Positions 48,360 to 58,201 of a stretch of 64,000 bases of DNA are shown here, piece after piece (the first letter of the stretch is position 1; each line of letters starts with the position of its first letter). A model generated the notes under the pieces. That model was not told where the DNA came from. It did no database searches and saw only the letters and a program-made list of their open reading frames with translations. The position numbers and the translations under genes were made by a program. Source of the DNA: an uncultured archaeon (GTDB lineage Archaea; Thermoplasmatota; Penumbrarchaeia; JASLWR01); contig CAYFHS010000011.1 of assembly GCA_964342815.1 (NCBI GenBank), positions 32,001-96,000 on the forward strand. Direction: 5' to 3'.

Positions 48360-50984
48360 ATGAGAAAGATATTTTTTCCCATAATGGTGATGATATTCAT
48401 GGGGCTTGCATCATTCCCCGCCAGCGCTACCAGCGCAACCGCCGAGCCGGGACTTGCTGGTAATTTTACAGATGCCGTCGATCTCTGGTATCTTGGTCCC
48501 CTGAGCTATCGTAAAGCGGGTCTCAATATCGAGAATCCCAACAACGTGGTGAAGCTCGTCACAGGTATCCAGATGACCTTCAACCTCAGCGACGCTCCTC
48601 AGTATTCCGCAAAGGTAAAAGTCCAGAGGGACAATTTGGACAACCGAAACGATGCTTTTATCGAGCACCAGATCACGGGTTTCCATTTCGGCAACGAACG
48701 GACGCAGAATTTTTTCTTTTCCGAGGACGAATATCTCATGGTGGACGATGACTACAATATACAGTTCCAACCCACGAAACCCCAGCATATTGAACTCCAG
48801 TGCCTGGAGGGGGACGGAGTGGAAGAAAAATCGTTCTTCTGGGACCCTATTACAGGAGATTGGGCAACGAACGTACCCGAAAGTCCCAATTCTCCCAACA
48901 TAGTGGGTGAGGAATGGGCCATGAGCGCATTGGTGGAAACCGCTGGCCGTCTTTCTATGGACATTCCATTCCAGAACTCCGTTAGCTCACCTGACCTTGT
49001 TGACGGATTCTATGTGAACCTCGACAAGGACAAGACCTATGTTTTCTTTCTGGAACATTCTCCCGCTGCAAAGTTCCGGATTTACGTTTACGGGGACCGT
49101 GACATGAACGGCATACCGGGAAAATTGAATGGCGATACCCTGATAGCGAGCAGTTCGGGTTCCGGGGTTCTTGAGATGCTCACCATGGGGGCTCAGTATA
49201 CGGGGCGATACTATATTCTGGTGAAACCGCAGGAAAGTACAGGGGGCATATACGAACTGAAGTTCACCGAGAATAGCAATCCTGTTGCGGTGGCAGGGGA
49301 GGATATGTATGCGAACTTGATGCTAGACGGGAGTATTGTTGTGAATTTTGAAAATACGCTGTCGTATGATCCCGACGACGATCTGAACAACAACAAGGAG
49401 ATCGACCAGTCCGAGACGGATGATTTGGAATATTACTGGGATTTCGACCATATCGACGATGTGCCAGAGGTCTTTGCCAACTGGGACGGGAATGGGCAGA
49501 GAGTAATGGAAAGGTTCGGCAAGGGCGGGAAATACACGGTTACGCTTGCAGTTGTCGATCCTTACGGCGCGTATGCTATGGACACTTTCGACCTGTATCT
49601 GAACTATATCCCGGTGGTGAAGATGGAGATCGAGGGATTGGTTAAGGGAACCGCCGACGTTGGGGAGAAATTGACCTGCTTGTCGGAAGGTACTTATGAT
49701 CCCGATGATGACCTGAACGGAAATGGGATTATAGATGGTTCTGAAACTGATCATCTCTCATACGGCTGGGACTTCCACGATACAATTGATAAGAACATGG
49801 ACGGAAACTACACTAACGACACTGATGCTTTGAACAAGATGTGGTTGATGAAATATACCACGCCCGGAGATTACAGAGTGACGCTGAATGTCTGGGATGA
49901 TCCGGAGCCGGGTGACCGGGGCCACAACTCCGCCTATATTGATATCAGTATCATCGATCCCATTGACATAATGAAGTATTTCGGTAAGGAAGTTGATGAA
50001 ATCGTGAAGCACGACCATGACCTCTCGACGAATCCATACGACGGGACAACGACATCGGATGATGTAGCAGTAAGCACCATGAGGGGAAGCGAGGGGAATA
50101 TCTACTCCGTGGGAGGGTATAACATGATAAATATAGACGCCATCACTGCCCGGGAAGAAGAAGACTGCCTGAAATTGACCATGGCCACGAAGGGGAAGTT
50201 ATTGGCTGATCAGCCGGATGAAGCAACAGCCATTTATTCTTTATACATGGTAGAGGCAGAGGTGGACAAGCAGTTCATCGAACCTGCGATTACCACGGAT
50301 AACCTCGAGAATATGGGGATCGAATATCTCTACCGATTCACCTTCACTAACGGAGAATTGACCGGAGCGTCCACAATTGATCATGAGATCGAATTCACGC
50401 TAAATTGGACTATTGAGGATGACGGTTACACATTGGTAATAAAGATCCCTACCCAGGAATTGATTGCTATTGAGGGAGAGATCGACCTGGACGATGACGA
50501 ACTGATCGATGTGTTCGGTGTTGCCTCCTATACTATCATCACTACTTCCATGGGGGATATAGTTCAGCACTATGCCCGCGATGCCGCCGGTTCGCATAGT
50601 TCCGGGTATCCGAAGGATTTCTGGCCTACGCCCTTTGTTCCCCCACCTCCCGAAAATGATAAGGATGATATCGCCGGGGGCAGCATGCTGTGGATAATCC
50701 TTCCAGTGCTGGGAGGAGTCATCGGACTGGTGGTCATTCTCATGGTGATACTGATGATAAGGAAAAAAAAGGGGGTGGGAAACGGTTACAGGGAATACAC
50801 CATCACAAAGCCCGGTACACATTCCGGTTTCTCCATAGGAGCTCCGACCCCCCCTTCATCCCATCGGCAGATATCAGCTCCTACTATATCGCAACAACAG
50901 CCAACACCCCCACAGTACGGTGGCGGAGGAGGGTGCCCGCAAAAGCAACCGTACTCAATGCATTTCGGGGCACTGCCGAAATAA
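48360..50984 (+). CDS. PKD-domain surface protein, paralog A (Pro-rich cytoplasmic tail)
   Basis: Signal peptide; PKD-like YYWDFD…[12 protein letters not shown] with DxNxN Ca-binding-like inserts; TM; GGTGAGC RBS before ATG 48360. Confidence 0.85.
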   Translation: MRKIFFPIMVMIFMGLASFPASATSATAEPGLAGNFTDAVDLWYLGPLSYRKAGLNIENPNNVVKLVTGIQMTFNLSDAPQYSAKVKVQRDNLDNRNDAFIEHQITGFHFGNERTQNFFFSEDEYLMVDDDYNIQFQPTKPQHIELQCLEGDGVEEKSFFWDPITGDWATNVPESPNSPNIVGEEWAMSALVETAGRLSMDIPFQNSVSSPDLVDGFYVNLDKDKTYVFFLEHSPAAKFRIYVYGDRDMNGIPGKLNGDTLIASSSGSGVLEMLTMGAQYTGRYYILVKPQESTGGIYELKFTENSNPVAVAGEDMYANLMLDGSIVVNFENTLSYDPDDDLNNNKEIDQSETDDLEYYWDFDHIDDVPEVFANWDGNGQRVMERFGKGGKYTVTLAVVDPYGAYAMDTFDLYLNYIPVVKMEIEGLVKGTADVGEKLTCLSEGTYDPDDDLNGNGIIDGSETDHLSYGWDFHDTIDKNMDGNYTNDTDALNKMWLMKYTTPGDYRVTLNVWDDPEPGDRGHNSAYIDISIIDPIDIMKYFGKEVDEIVKHDHDLSTNPYDGTTTSDDVAVSTMRGSEGNIYSVGGYNMINIDAITAREEEDCLKLTMATKGKLLADQPDEATAIYSLYMVEAEVDKQFIEPAITTDNLENMGIEYLYRFTFTNGELTGASTIDHEIEFTLNWTIEDDGYTLVIKIPTQELIAIEGEIDLDDDELIDVFGVASYTIITTSMGDIVQHYARDAAGSHSSGYPKDFWPTPFVPPPPENDKDDIAGGSMLWIILPVLGGVIGLVVILMVILMIRKKKGVGNGYREYTITKPGTHSGFSIGAPTPPSSHRQISAPTISQQQPTPPQYGGGGGCPQKQPYSMHFGALPK

Positions 50985-51019
50985 GCTCCTACTTTCATTA
51001 TACACAATTTTAATTCTAC

Positions 51020-51050
51020 GGTCAATCTTACTCCAAAGAGGTTATATAGG
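51020..51050 (+). promoter_or_regulatory. Conserved promoter/operator, copy 2
   Basis: GGTCAATCTTACTCCAAAGAGGTTATATAGG, upstream of paralog B at a similar distance from ATG. Confidence 0.7.
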
Positions 51051-51102
51051 AGATGAAACTTATTTAATAAATGTAAGCAAATTTTCCAATGGGCGTAATA
51101 CC

Positions 51103-54048
51103 ATGAAAATGGCTATTTTTACCCTGGTGACGGTAATATCGATCATGATTGCATCCTCCACCGCTAACGCGACCAGCCCAACTGCCGACCCGGGACTTAC
51201 CGGCAATTTTATCGATGCGGTTGATCTCTGGTACATGAGTTCCCAGAGCTACAGGAAGGCGGGTTTGAACATAGAGAATCCCGACAACGAGGTGAAACTT
51301 ATAACGGGGATCCAGATGACCTTCAATCTCAGCGACGCACCCGGATACAGCGGGAAGGTATTGGTGCAGAGGGACGGCCTGGGCAACGATAGTGATGCTT
51401 TTGTCGAGCACCAGATCACAGGATTCAACTTTGGTAACGAAAAGACACAGAATTTTTTCTTTTCCGAAGACGAATATCTCATGGTGGATGATGATTACAA
51501 CATACAGTTCCGACCGATTAGACCCCAGCACCTGGCGCTCCAGTGCCTGGAGGGAGATAAGGGGGGCAAATCGTACTTCTGGGATCCGAAGACCGGGGAT
51601 TGGGCGACCAACGCACCCACAGACCCAACGTCCCCCAATATAGCGGGGAAGGAATGGGCAATGAGCGCATTGGCCGAACCGGCAGTTCGTCTCTCCAGGG
51701 ACATTCCGCATAAGAACTCCTTTACATCACCAGACGTGGTAGATGGTTTTTACGTGAATCTGGACATGGACAAGACTTACCTATTCTCTCTCGAGCACTC
51801 TACGACGACAAACTTCCAAATGCATGTTCACAGGGATCGGGATGTAAATGGGGTACCTGGAAAAATGGACGCAGATACTCTCGTAGCAAGCAGTTCGGGG
51901 TCAGGAGACCAGAAGAAGGTCACTTTGATAGCCCCGTATACCGGTCGATACTATATACTGGTGAAATCACCACAGGGCAGTACGGGAGGAATATATGAGC
52001 TTAAATTCACCGAGAACCATAATCCAGTTGCTGAGGTTTGGGATAATGTGTATGCTAATTTGCAGCTCGGCAAGAGCGTTGATGTTAAATTTGAAAATAC
52101 GCTGTCATATGATCCAGATGACGATCTCAACAACAATAAAGAGATCGACCAATCCGAGACAGACAACCTGAAATACTACTGGGACTTCGATAATTCCAAC
52201 GGCGTTCCCGAGGACTTTGAAAACTGGGATAAGAAGGGGCAGAGCGTGGAGGGAACGTTCAGCAGCGGCGGGAAATACAACGTGACCCTTGCCGTTGTCG
52301 ATCCATACGGTTCCTATGATACAGATTTCTTTCACCTATATCTTAATTACATCCCTGTCGTGAAAATGAAGGTCGATGGGTTGATAGACGGCGTTGCCTA
52401 CGTCGAGCAGAAATTAACCCTCTCGGCGGAAGGTTCCTACGATCCCGACGATGACCTGAACGGTAACGGTGTGATAGACGGTTCGGAGACGGATCATCTC
52501 TCTTACAGATGGGATTTCTACGATAAGATCGACAAGAACATGGATGGAAATTACACCAACGATACGGATGCATCGAACAAGATGTGGCTGGTGAATTATA
52601 ACAAGCAGGGAGATTACAGGGTGACGTTGAATGTTGCGGATGAAGACGAATACGGTAACAGAGCCTATAACTCCACCTTTCTCGATGTTACTGTCATAGA
52701 TCCTGTGGACATGACGAACTATTTCGGGGTGGGAGATGATGATTCCATCAAGCATAAAAATGATCGATCAACGAATCCCTACGATGGTGTTTCAACACCT
52801 GATGATGTCGCTGTAAGGACCATGAGCAGTTCCAATGAGAAAACCTATTCTGTGGGGGATTACAACGAGGTCAATATCAAATCGATATCCGCGGAGAAGG
52901 ATGGACACTACCTCCGGCTGACAATGACCACTGAAGGGAAGATACTGGTGGATGAGCTTGATAATGCAGCGGCAAATTATTATTTCTATATTGTGGAGAC
53001 GAAGGTTGACCAGCAGTTTTCGGAACCTGCTATAACCAAAGATAACTTCGAGAATCAGATGTTCGAATATCTCTACATGTTCACCTTTATAAATGGAGTT
53101 TGGACAGGAGTATCCTCCATAGATTACGACTTCAAGTTCAATCCGAATTGGAACCTCGAGGATCGCGGTTACACGTTGGTCCTGAATATTCTCACTCAGG
53201 ATTTGAAAATGCTTAAGGAAGAGATCGACGTGGAGGACGACGAGTTGATCGATATCTTTGGTGTAGCAACATATACAATAACCACTACTTCCAATGGGGA
53301 GACCGTACAGCACTTTGCCCGCGACGCCGCCGGAGCAAATCCGTCGGCATATCCGAAGGATTTCTGGCCGCCCACTTCTGTTATCGATACTGACGGTGAT
53401 GGACTAACCGATATCGCAGAGCTGGAACGCGGAACCGATCCGAATAATCCGGATACGGATGGCGACGGCATTCCGGATGGGATGGACGATAAACCATTCC
53501 TTGCCTCCGAGGAAGAATCTTACATAGAGATAATCATAATTATCGGTATTGGACTTGTCTTTTGTATTCTGATTCTGGTGATTTATACGCGATTGAATAA
53601 GAAGATTATCCTGGAAAATGAGACTCGGAATACGATATTTGCCTATATAAATCAAAATCCGGGCGTACACTACAGGAAGATAAAGAAAAAGCTCGGTATA
53701 TCCGATAGTACTTTAACGCATCATATTCGAAAATTGCGAGAAACCGAGATGATCAAAATACAATACGAAGGCAATTTCAAGTTCTTCTATCCCCAATGGA
53801 TGAATGAGGATCTTTCCCCAATGACGCCAATACAGAAGAAAATTCTCGAAGTCATCAGGAAGAAACCTGGGAGTACGATACAGCATCTGGCCCTGGAGCT
53901 GGGGAAAAAACCACGGACTATCAGGTACCATGTGAACAATATTGCCGATAAGGGTCTAATTGATTCGAAGAATGTGGATAATAGAACCCACTGGTTCGTG
54001 AAGATGGGGATGACGAAAGAATATGTGTCCAAGGAGGAACTGACCTGA
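51103..54048 (+). CDS. PKD-domain surface protein, paralog B, with TM and cytoplasmic double winged-HTH (COG3398-like)
   Basis: Extracellular part collinear with paralog A. After the TM: [37 protein letters not shown] and [37 protein letters not shown]. Confidence 0.85.
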   Translation: MKMAIFTLVTVISIMIASSTANATSPTADPGLTGNFIDAVDLWYMSSQSYRKAGLNIENPDNEVKLITGIQMTFNLSDAPGYSGKVLVQRDGLGNDSDAFVEHQITGFNFGNEKTQNFFFSEDEYLMVDDDYNIQFRPIRPQHLALQCLEGDKGGKSYFWDPKTGDWATNAPTDPTSPNIAGKEWAMSALAEPAVRLSRDIPHKNSFTSPDVVDGFYVNLDMDKTYLFSLEHSTTTNFQMHVHRDRDVNGVPGKMDADTLVASSSGSGDQKKVTLIAPYTGRYYILVKSPQGSTGGIYELKFTENHNPVAEVWDNVYANLQLGKSVDVKFENTLSYDPDDDLNNNKEIDQSETDNLKYYWDFDNSNGVPEDFENWDKKGQSVEGTFSSGGKYNVTLAVVDPYGSYDTDFFHLYLNYIPVVKMKVDGLIDGVAYVEQKLTLSAEGSYDPDDDLNGNGVIDGSETDHLSYRWDFYDKIDKNMDGNYTNDTDASNKMWLVNYNKQGDYRVTLNVADEDEYGNRAYNSTFLDVTVIDPVDMTNYFGVGDDDSIKHKNDRSTNPYDGVSTPDDVAVRTMSSSNEKTYSVGDYNEVNIKSISAEKDGHYLRLTMTTEGKILVDELDNAAANYYFYIVETKVDQQFSEPAITKDNFENQMFEYLYMFTFINGVWTGVSSIDYDFKFNPNWNLEDRGYTLVLNILTQDLKMLKEEIDVEDDELIDIFGVATYTITTTSNGETVQHFARDAAGANPSAYPKDFWPPTSVIDTDGDGLTDIAELERGTDPNNPDTDGDGIPDGMDDKPFLASEEESYIEIIIIIGIGLVFCILILVIYTRLNKKIILENETRNTIFAYINQNPGVHYRKIKKKLGISDSTLTHHIRKLRETEMIKIQYEGNFKFFYPQWMNEDLSPMTPIQKKILEVIRKKPGSTIQHLALELGKKPRTIRYHVNNIADKGLIDSKNVDNRTHWFVKMGMTKEYVSKEELT

Positions 54049-54065
54049 ATTTACTTTTTTTCCAA

Positions 54066-54623
54066 TTATTTTCCCGAAAAATCCCGATGAGGTACCCACA
54101 AAAACAATAACACGGTAAGGGCAAGGGAAACCAGAGCCGCAGTTTTCGAATTTATATCCACTAGATAAAGACAAACAGGTACGGCCACCACTATCCCGAT
54201 AAAGGCCCCCAGGGCTATGTCGCCCGGATCATGGGCCTTGAGAGCATATCTCGAATAGGCAGTAGCAACGGTCATCAGGCCCAGTATCGCCGGCAATATC
54301 CAGTGGATCCGAATGGAGAACCACCCTGCGATCAAGGCCATGGTAAAAGCCAGCTGGGTGTGGTAGCTTGGCCGGGAATACCTTGCAAGGGGATCCAATA
54401 TTTTTCCGCCAGGTTTCCATTTTCCATGTGCTCGTTCCTTCCTTATCAACGCTTTCAAAATATAGTTCAGCAGGGTGGTGGCAATAAAACCCACACTCCC
54501 TGACAACAGCAGAGCATAGAATCTCCCGGAGCCGTTTACGAGAACCTCGCTTAACAGCACCGCACCCACGGTAGCGGTAAAAAGAATTTTTCCGAATCTG
54601 TCGAATATTGTATGCCAGGACAC
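54066..54623 (-). CDS. PAP2-family membrane lipid phosphatase
   Basis: Motif variants KALIRKER (C1), PSYH (C2), SRYALKAHDPGD (C3); multiple TM helices. Confidence 0.78.
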   Translation of the reverse strand: MSWHTIFDRFGKILFTATVGAVLLSEVLVNGSGRFYALLLSGSVGFIATTLLNYILKALIRKERAHGKWKPGGKILDPLARYSRPSYHTQLAFTMALIAGWFSIRIHWILPAILGLMTVATAYSRYALKAHDPGDIALGAFIGIVVAVPVCLYLVDINSKTAALVSLALTVLLFLWVPHRDFSGK

Positions 54624-54669
54624 GACTTTTCTGTAAGCCGGGAGAATTAATAAAATTTTGTGAATTCTT

Positions 54670-55743
54670 TTATCTTACGTCCAAACGTATCTTTTTTACC
54701 GGGGCCAGTAGGGTTTCATCCAGGCAAATGCAGTGGAGCCCGAACCTTTTTGGAAATGGAATGAAACCTGCTTTGAGAAAGGGGATTGTGGAAAAATAAC
54801 CCATTTTCGGAACAAGGGACAGTACAACTCCACTCTCCTTCGCCACGGCGATGGCAGTGAGAAGATTTTTCTTTATTCCTTCTTCTCCGTACAGCCAGTC
54901 GAACCAGGCAACCTTTACCGATTTTCTGGTCACCAGCGTTCGGACCTTGAAATGCATTACCGTAAGTAGTTTACCATTCAGAATGCGGCCCACCGTAAAG
55001 GAATCCGGATCGCCGAGTTCTCTGCGTAGTTCGTCATGAGACCAAATGCGGTCCCACTTGAAGCAAGGGACGGAAAGGTACAGAATCCGAGAGACGTCCG
55101 AAGGACCGAGGACAGCATCATTGGGGTAGCTTGAAGGAATGGCGGATACGTTTTCGAGAGCCCTGTTAATGAGCGCTGTGATTCCACCTTTTTTGTTACT
55201 CAGAAACCCCATCTTCATCTTTTTTCCAACGAGTTTACGAGCGGGAATATCATAGCCCACCCTTTCGGAAAAGGAATCCGGATCGATAATCTTTCCGAGC
55301 CAACTGCCGCTGTGTAATGGGAACATCCGGGGATAACATTTTTTATAGACCGAGCTCCCCATTCCCTCATCGTCGAAATACGGGAGGATTTTTTTTATTC
55401 CCACCCGCTGGTTCCGCTTCACGATCTCTCTTACAAGGATGGATGCGATATTTTTTCTACGGTATTCCGGCAGAACCGATAGATATGTGGGAATGGCCGT
55501 TTCCGATATCGTACCCAGAATATTAATTTTTCTCGGGAAGGATACGTTCACTCCTACCAGTTTACCTTTGGAATACGCTCCCAGCCATACGGACCCCTCC
55601 TCGTTTTCGAACTGCCTTTCCAATATCCCGGGCTCATACCGAAAATACCCGTCTTCACCGTAGTCGGCGGACCACGCCCGGTCCATCAACTGTGACACGG
55701 CCGCCATTTCATTTATTCGCAGAGCTCGCACATTTATTTCCAC
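54670..55743 (-). CDS. GNAT acyltransferase with N-myristoyltransferase-like N-terminal domain
   Basis: YLSVLPEYRRKNIASILVREIVKR acyl-CoA-binding motif. GTG 55743 lies about 25 nt downstream of a BRE/TATA (GGAAAAATATAAAT). Confidence 0.75.
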   Translation of the reverse strand: MEINVRALRINEMAAVSQLMDRAWSADYGEDGYFRYEPGILERQFENEEGSVWLGAYSKGKLVGVNVSFPRKINILGTISETAIPTYLSVLPEYRRKNIASILVREIVKRNQRVGIKKILPYFDDEGMGSSVYKKCYPRMFPLHSGSWLGKIIDPDSFSERVGYDIPARKLVGKKMKMGFLSNKKGGITALINRALENVSAIPSSYPNDAVLGPSDVSRILYLSVPCFKWDRIWSHDELRRELGDPDSFTVGRILNGKLLTVMHFKVRTLVTRKSVKVAWFDWLYGEEGIKKNLLTAIAVAKESGVVLSLVPKMGYFSTIPFLKAGFIPFPKRFGLHCICLDETLLAPVKKIRLDVR

Positions 55744-55857
55744 AAGGCAAGGGAACCGAAGATAACGATTTATATTTTTCCAGGAATTGTCATGTAAAGG
55801 TGACCCATGCTGGCTCACCAAACTTGTCAAAACGGTCCAGGTATTCCCGTCTTTACA

Positions 55858-55926
55858 CGTAAAGTCAGGAACATTTGGACTGACTTCTTGGTAAAGTTGA
55901 GCCAGAATGGATCGGCTTTACACGTA
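55858..55926 (-). repeat. 69-bp dispersed repeat, copy 2, bounded by two CTTTAC-AC-GTAAAG palindromes (55851-64, 55916-29)
   Basis: Reverse-complement match to 15122-15190 with 5 mismatches. Confidence 0.85.
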
Positions 55927-55955
55927 AAGGCGACCCACACTGGCTCCCGACGCAA

Positions 55956-56150
55956 TATCGAAGATACTGCTAGGGGTGCGTAGCAATCACTATTGCGAGC
56001 ATTAGCAGAACTCGTTCTGCAATATCGGAGAAACTTGTTTCTCCACCACCTGTCGGTACGCAAGTACCGAAGGAGCAGGAGCATACTAATGCTCTGGAGC
56101 CCGTAGATTTCATCTTGAAATTGAGGGATCAGGGCAATCTCTGATTGTCC
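55956..56150. other. Array of eight short stem-loops (REP-cluster-like or structured RNA)
   Basis: Stems start at 55956, 55983, 56005, 56027, 56053, 56079, 56107 and 56132; each 4-8 bp with a 2-4 nt loop and a distinct sequence. Confidence 0.7.
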
Positions 56151-56231
56151 AGAGTGAAACGGGCTCGCCAAACTTGCAAAGTAGTGACTTTACAAGAAAA
56201 CTTTATTAGCCTCAATGGAATGGTCTTCTCA

Positions 56232-57257
56232 ATGAGCCGTGTACCACGCAAGGTACGGTTAAAACTGCTGGATGAATACGGGTATGTCCCTGTTGCGAGA
56301 GCCATGGCCAGCGATGAACTCACTCATTTTTCACTGACCGGGGTGAAAGGATTTCTGGGATATCTGGAAAAAGGCGGTTCCTTTCTCGTACCGGGCGAAC
56401 CCTTATGTGACGTGAGCGACGCCAAAGACCTATTTTCGGAATTTATCGATCATTCATCGACCCAAAAGAGAAAGATTTGCTTTTTCGGCTGTTCCGAAAG
56501 GTTGAGCGGGTCCGCAAGATCCGCTGGCTATGCGGTGATAAAGTTCGGCGAGGAGGCAGTTGTTGATATTTCCGGATTTTCTCTCCAGGGGAACGCAATG
56601 GAGAATGTCCGAAGAGGATTCAACCATGCCAATAATGTGGGAATATTGGTTTCTGAGTATATTCCGGAACGTAAAAGAGATCCGCTGATGGAAAACGAAT
56701 TTCATCTGATATCGGATGAATGGCTCAAGGACAAAAAAACCCCGGAGCTAGGTTTTCTGCTGGCCCCTATGGAGCTTAACCGGCTTGAGGGACGCAGGAT
56801 ATTTACCGCACGGACAAAGAACCGAATTGAGGGATTCGTCATTCTCGATCCAGTAAGATCCAGGGAAGGATGGTATACCGATATCATGCGCAGGAGGCGA
56901 GACGCACCCAACGGTGTCAATGAAAAACTTTTGGTGGAAATTATAAAAAATCTGGATGGCGAGGGCGCAAAGAATCTCTTTTTAGGAATGGTTCCGTTCA
57001 TTGGATTGGACCCGCAAATACGGGAACATGGGAAAGCGACGAAATTGATGAATTCCCTCAAGGGCCGGATCGATTTTCTTTACCCCATTGAATCCGAATT
57101 CTTCTTCAAGGATAAATTCCGACCGCGTTGGGAAGATGTGTTTATCTATGTTTATCCCAAACTTACGACCAAGATGATTTACGGTATAATAAGCGCTTTC
57201 CTGCAGGGCGGATTTGTTCGTCTGATTAAACACCGTGTAAGAACGTTGGGAAAATAA
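56232..57257 (+). CDS. Stand-alone DUF2156 / aminoacyl-phosphatidylglycerol synthase catalytic domain (MprF C-terminal-like), no TM domain
   Basis: LVPGEPLC, KFGEEAVVDISGFSLQG…RRGFNHA, WYTDIMRRRRDAPNGVNEKL, FFKDKFRPRWEDVFI. BRE/TATA AAGAAAACTTTATTA about 25 nt upstream of ATG 56232. Confidence 0.85.
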   Translation: MSRVPRKVRLKLLDEYGYVPVARAMASDELTHFSLTGVKGFLGYLEKGGSFLVPGEPLCDVSDAKDLFSEFIDHSSTQKRKICFFGCSERLSGSARSAGYAVIKFGEEAVVDISGFSLQGNAMENVRRGFNHANNVGILVSEYIPERKRDPLMENEFHLISDEWLKDKKTPELGFLLAPMELNRLEGRRIFTARTKNRIEGFVILDPVRSREGWYTDIMRRRRDAPNGVNEKLLVEIIKNLDGEGAKNLFLGMVPFIGLDPQIREHGKATKLMNSLKGRIDFLYPIESEFFFKDKFRPRWEDVFIYVYPKLTTKMIYGIISAFLQGGFVRLIKHRVRTLGK

Positions 57258-57338
57258 AAAAGTCTCCGATTAACTTCTGAGAAAGGATTAAGTATAAGTG
57301 CGGTATATGACCTGTATATTATTCCAGGGTGTGTATAA

Positions 57339-58121
57339 ATGCGCTGTATGATATGCAAATCAGCTATGACCTCAAAGCAGATCGAGAACGTTGAGATCGA
57401 CCTGTGCCTGAATTGCGGCGGTGCGTGGCTGGACGGGGGCGAGCTGGAAGAGGTAAGTGGAGTGGATCTGCAGCTGCATAGAAGATTGACCTGCCCAAAG
57501 TGCGATTTCCCCATGGATATCAGAACCGTGCGGGGTACCGAAATCGACTGGTGTGCAAGATGCGACGGTGTCTGGCTCGATACCGGAGAGTTCGAACGGA
57601 TCACCGGAATTGCTCCCGAGACCGAGCGTGGCGACTCATTTTCAAAATTCAAGAACGCCATAATGTTTACGAGAAACATGTCCAATGCAGTGGAATGGGG
57701 CAAGGACGATAAGATATCGCGGGTCGATTCGAAAATACTCATCGAGGATATTTTCCTAATGCACAACAACGGCTGCCTGGTGGCTCATGCAACCAGACGC
57801 CTGAAACCCAGCATGGACGTGGATATTCTGGGCGCGATGCTGGTGGTAATACAGGATTTTGTCAAGGAAGCGTTCCAGGACGAGTCGAAATTCACCCTTA
57901 GAAATATCACTTTTGGGGACAAGAGCATAGTGATAAACAAGGGGCAGTGGGTCATTCTGGCGGTGGTTCTCGGCGGCAAGGCGAACAAGTACCTGCATCA
58001 CAAGATAAGGGATGCCATCGAGGAGATCGAGGAAAAATACTGCACCGTGCTGCCTCAGTGGAGCGGTCTCATCGACGACCTGCGCGGTTGCAGGGACATC
58101 ATTGCCGGGATATATGATTGA
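57339..58121 (+). CDS. Double zf-TFIIB-like zinc ribbon protein with C-terminal longin/roadblock-like domain
   Basis: CxxC…EIDLCLNCGGAWLDGGELE repeated twice; IEDIFLMHNNGCLVAH…DILGAMLVVIQDFVKEAF. Confidence 0.72.
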   Translation: MRCMICKSAMTSKQIENVEIDLCLNCGGAWLDGGELEEVSGVDLQLHRRLTCPKCDFPMDIRTVRGTEIDWCARCDGVWLDTGEFERITGIAPETERGDSFSKFKNAIMFTRNMSNAVEWGKDDKISRVDSKILIEDIFLMHNNGCLVAHATRRLKPSMDVDILGAMLVVIQDFVKEAFQDESKFTLRNITFGDKSIVINKGQWVILAVVLGGKANKYLHHKIRDAIEEIEEKYCTVLPQWSGLIDDLRGCRDIIAGIYD

Positions 58122-58201
58122 TTCATTTTTTTCTTATCCATTCGAGATTTATCCCACGAGACTGCCGACCCCTGGAAAACGACGGACTCCTCTATTGAAA
58201 G

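Noticed and set aside
55851-55929. Mini-CRISPR (repeat-spacer-repeat)
   Set aside because: The repeat is only 14 bp and the 'spacer' is conserved at 15122, the opposite of CRISPR behaviour.
55997-56094. Canonical tRNA gene
   Set aside because: A cloverleaf-like pairing is possible, but there are no D-loop GG, TTC T-loop or 7-nt anticodon loop, and arm sizes are wrong.
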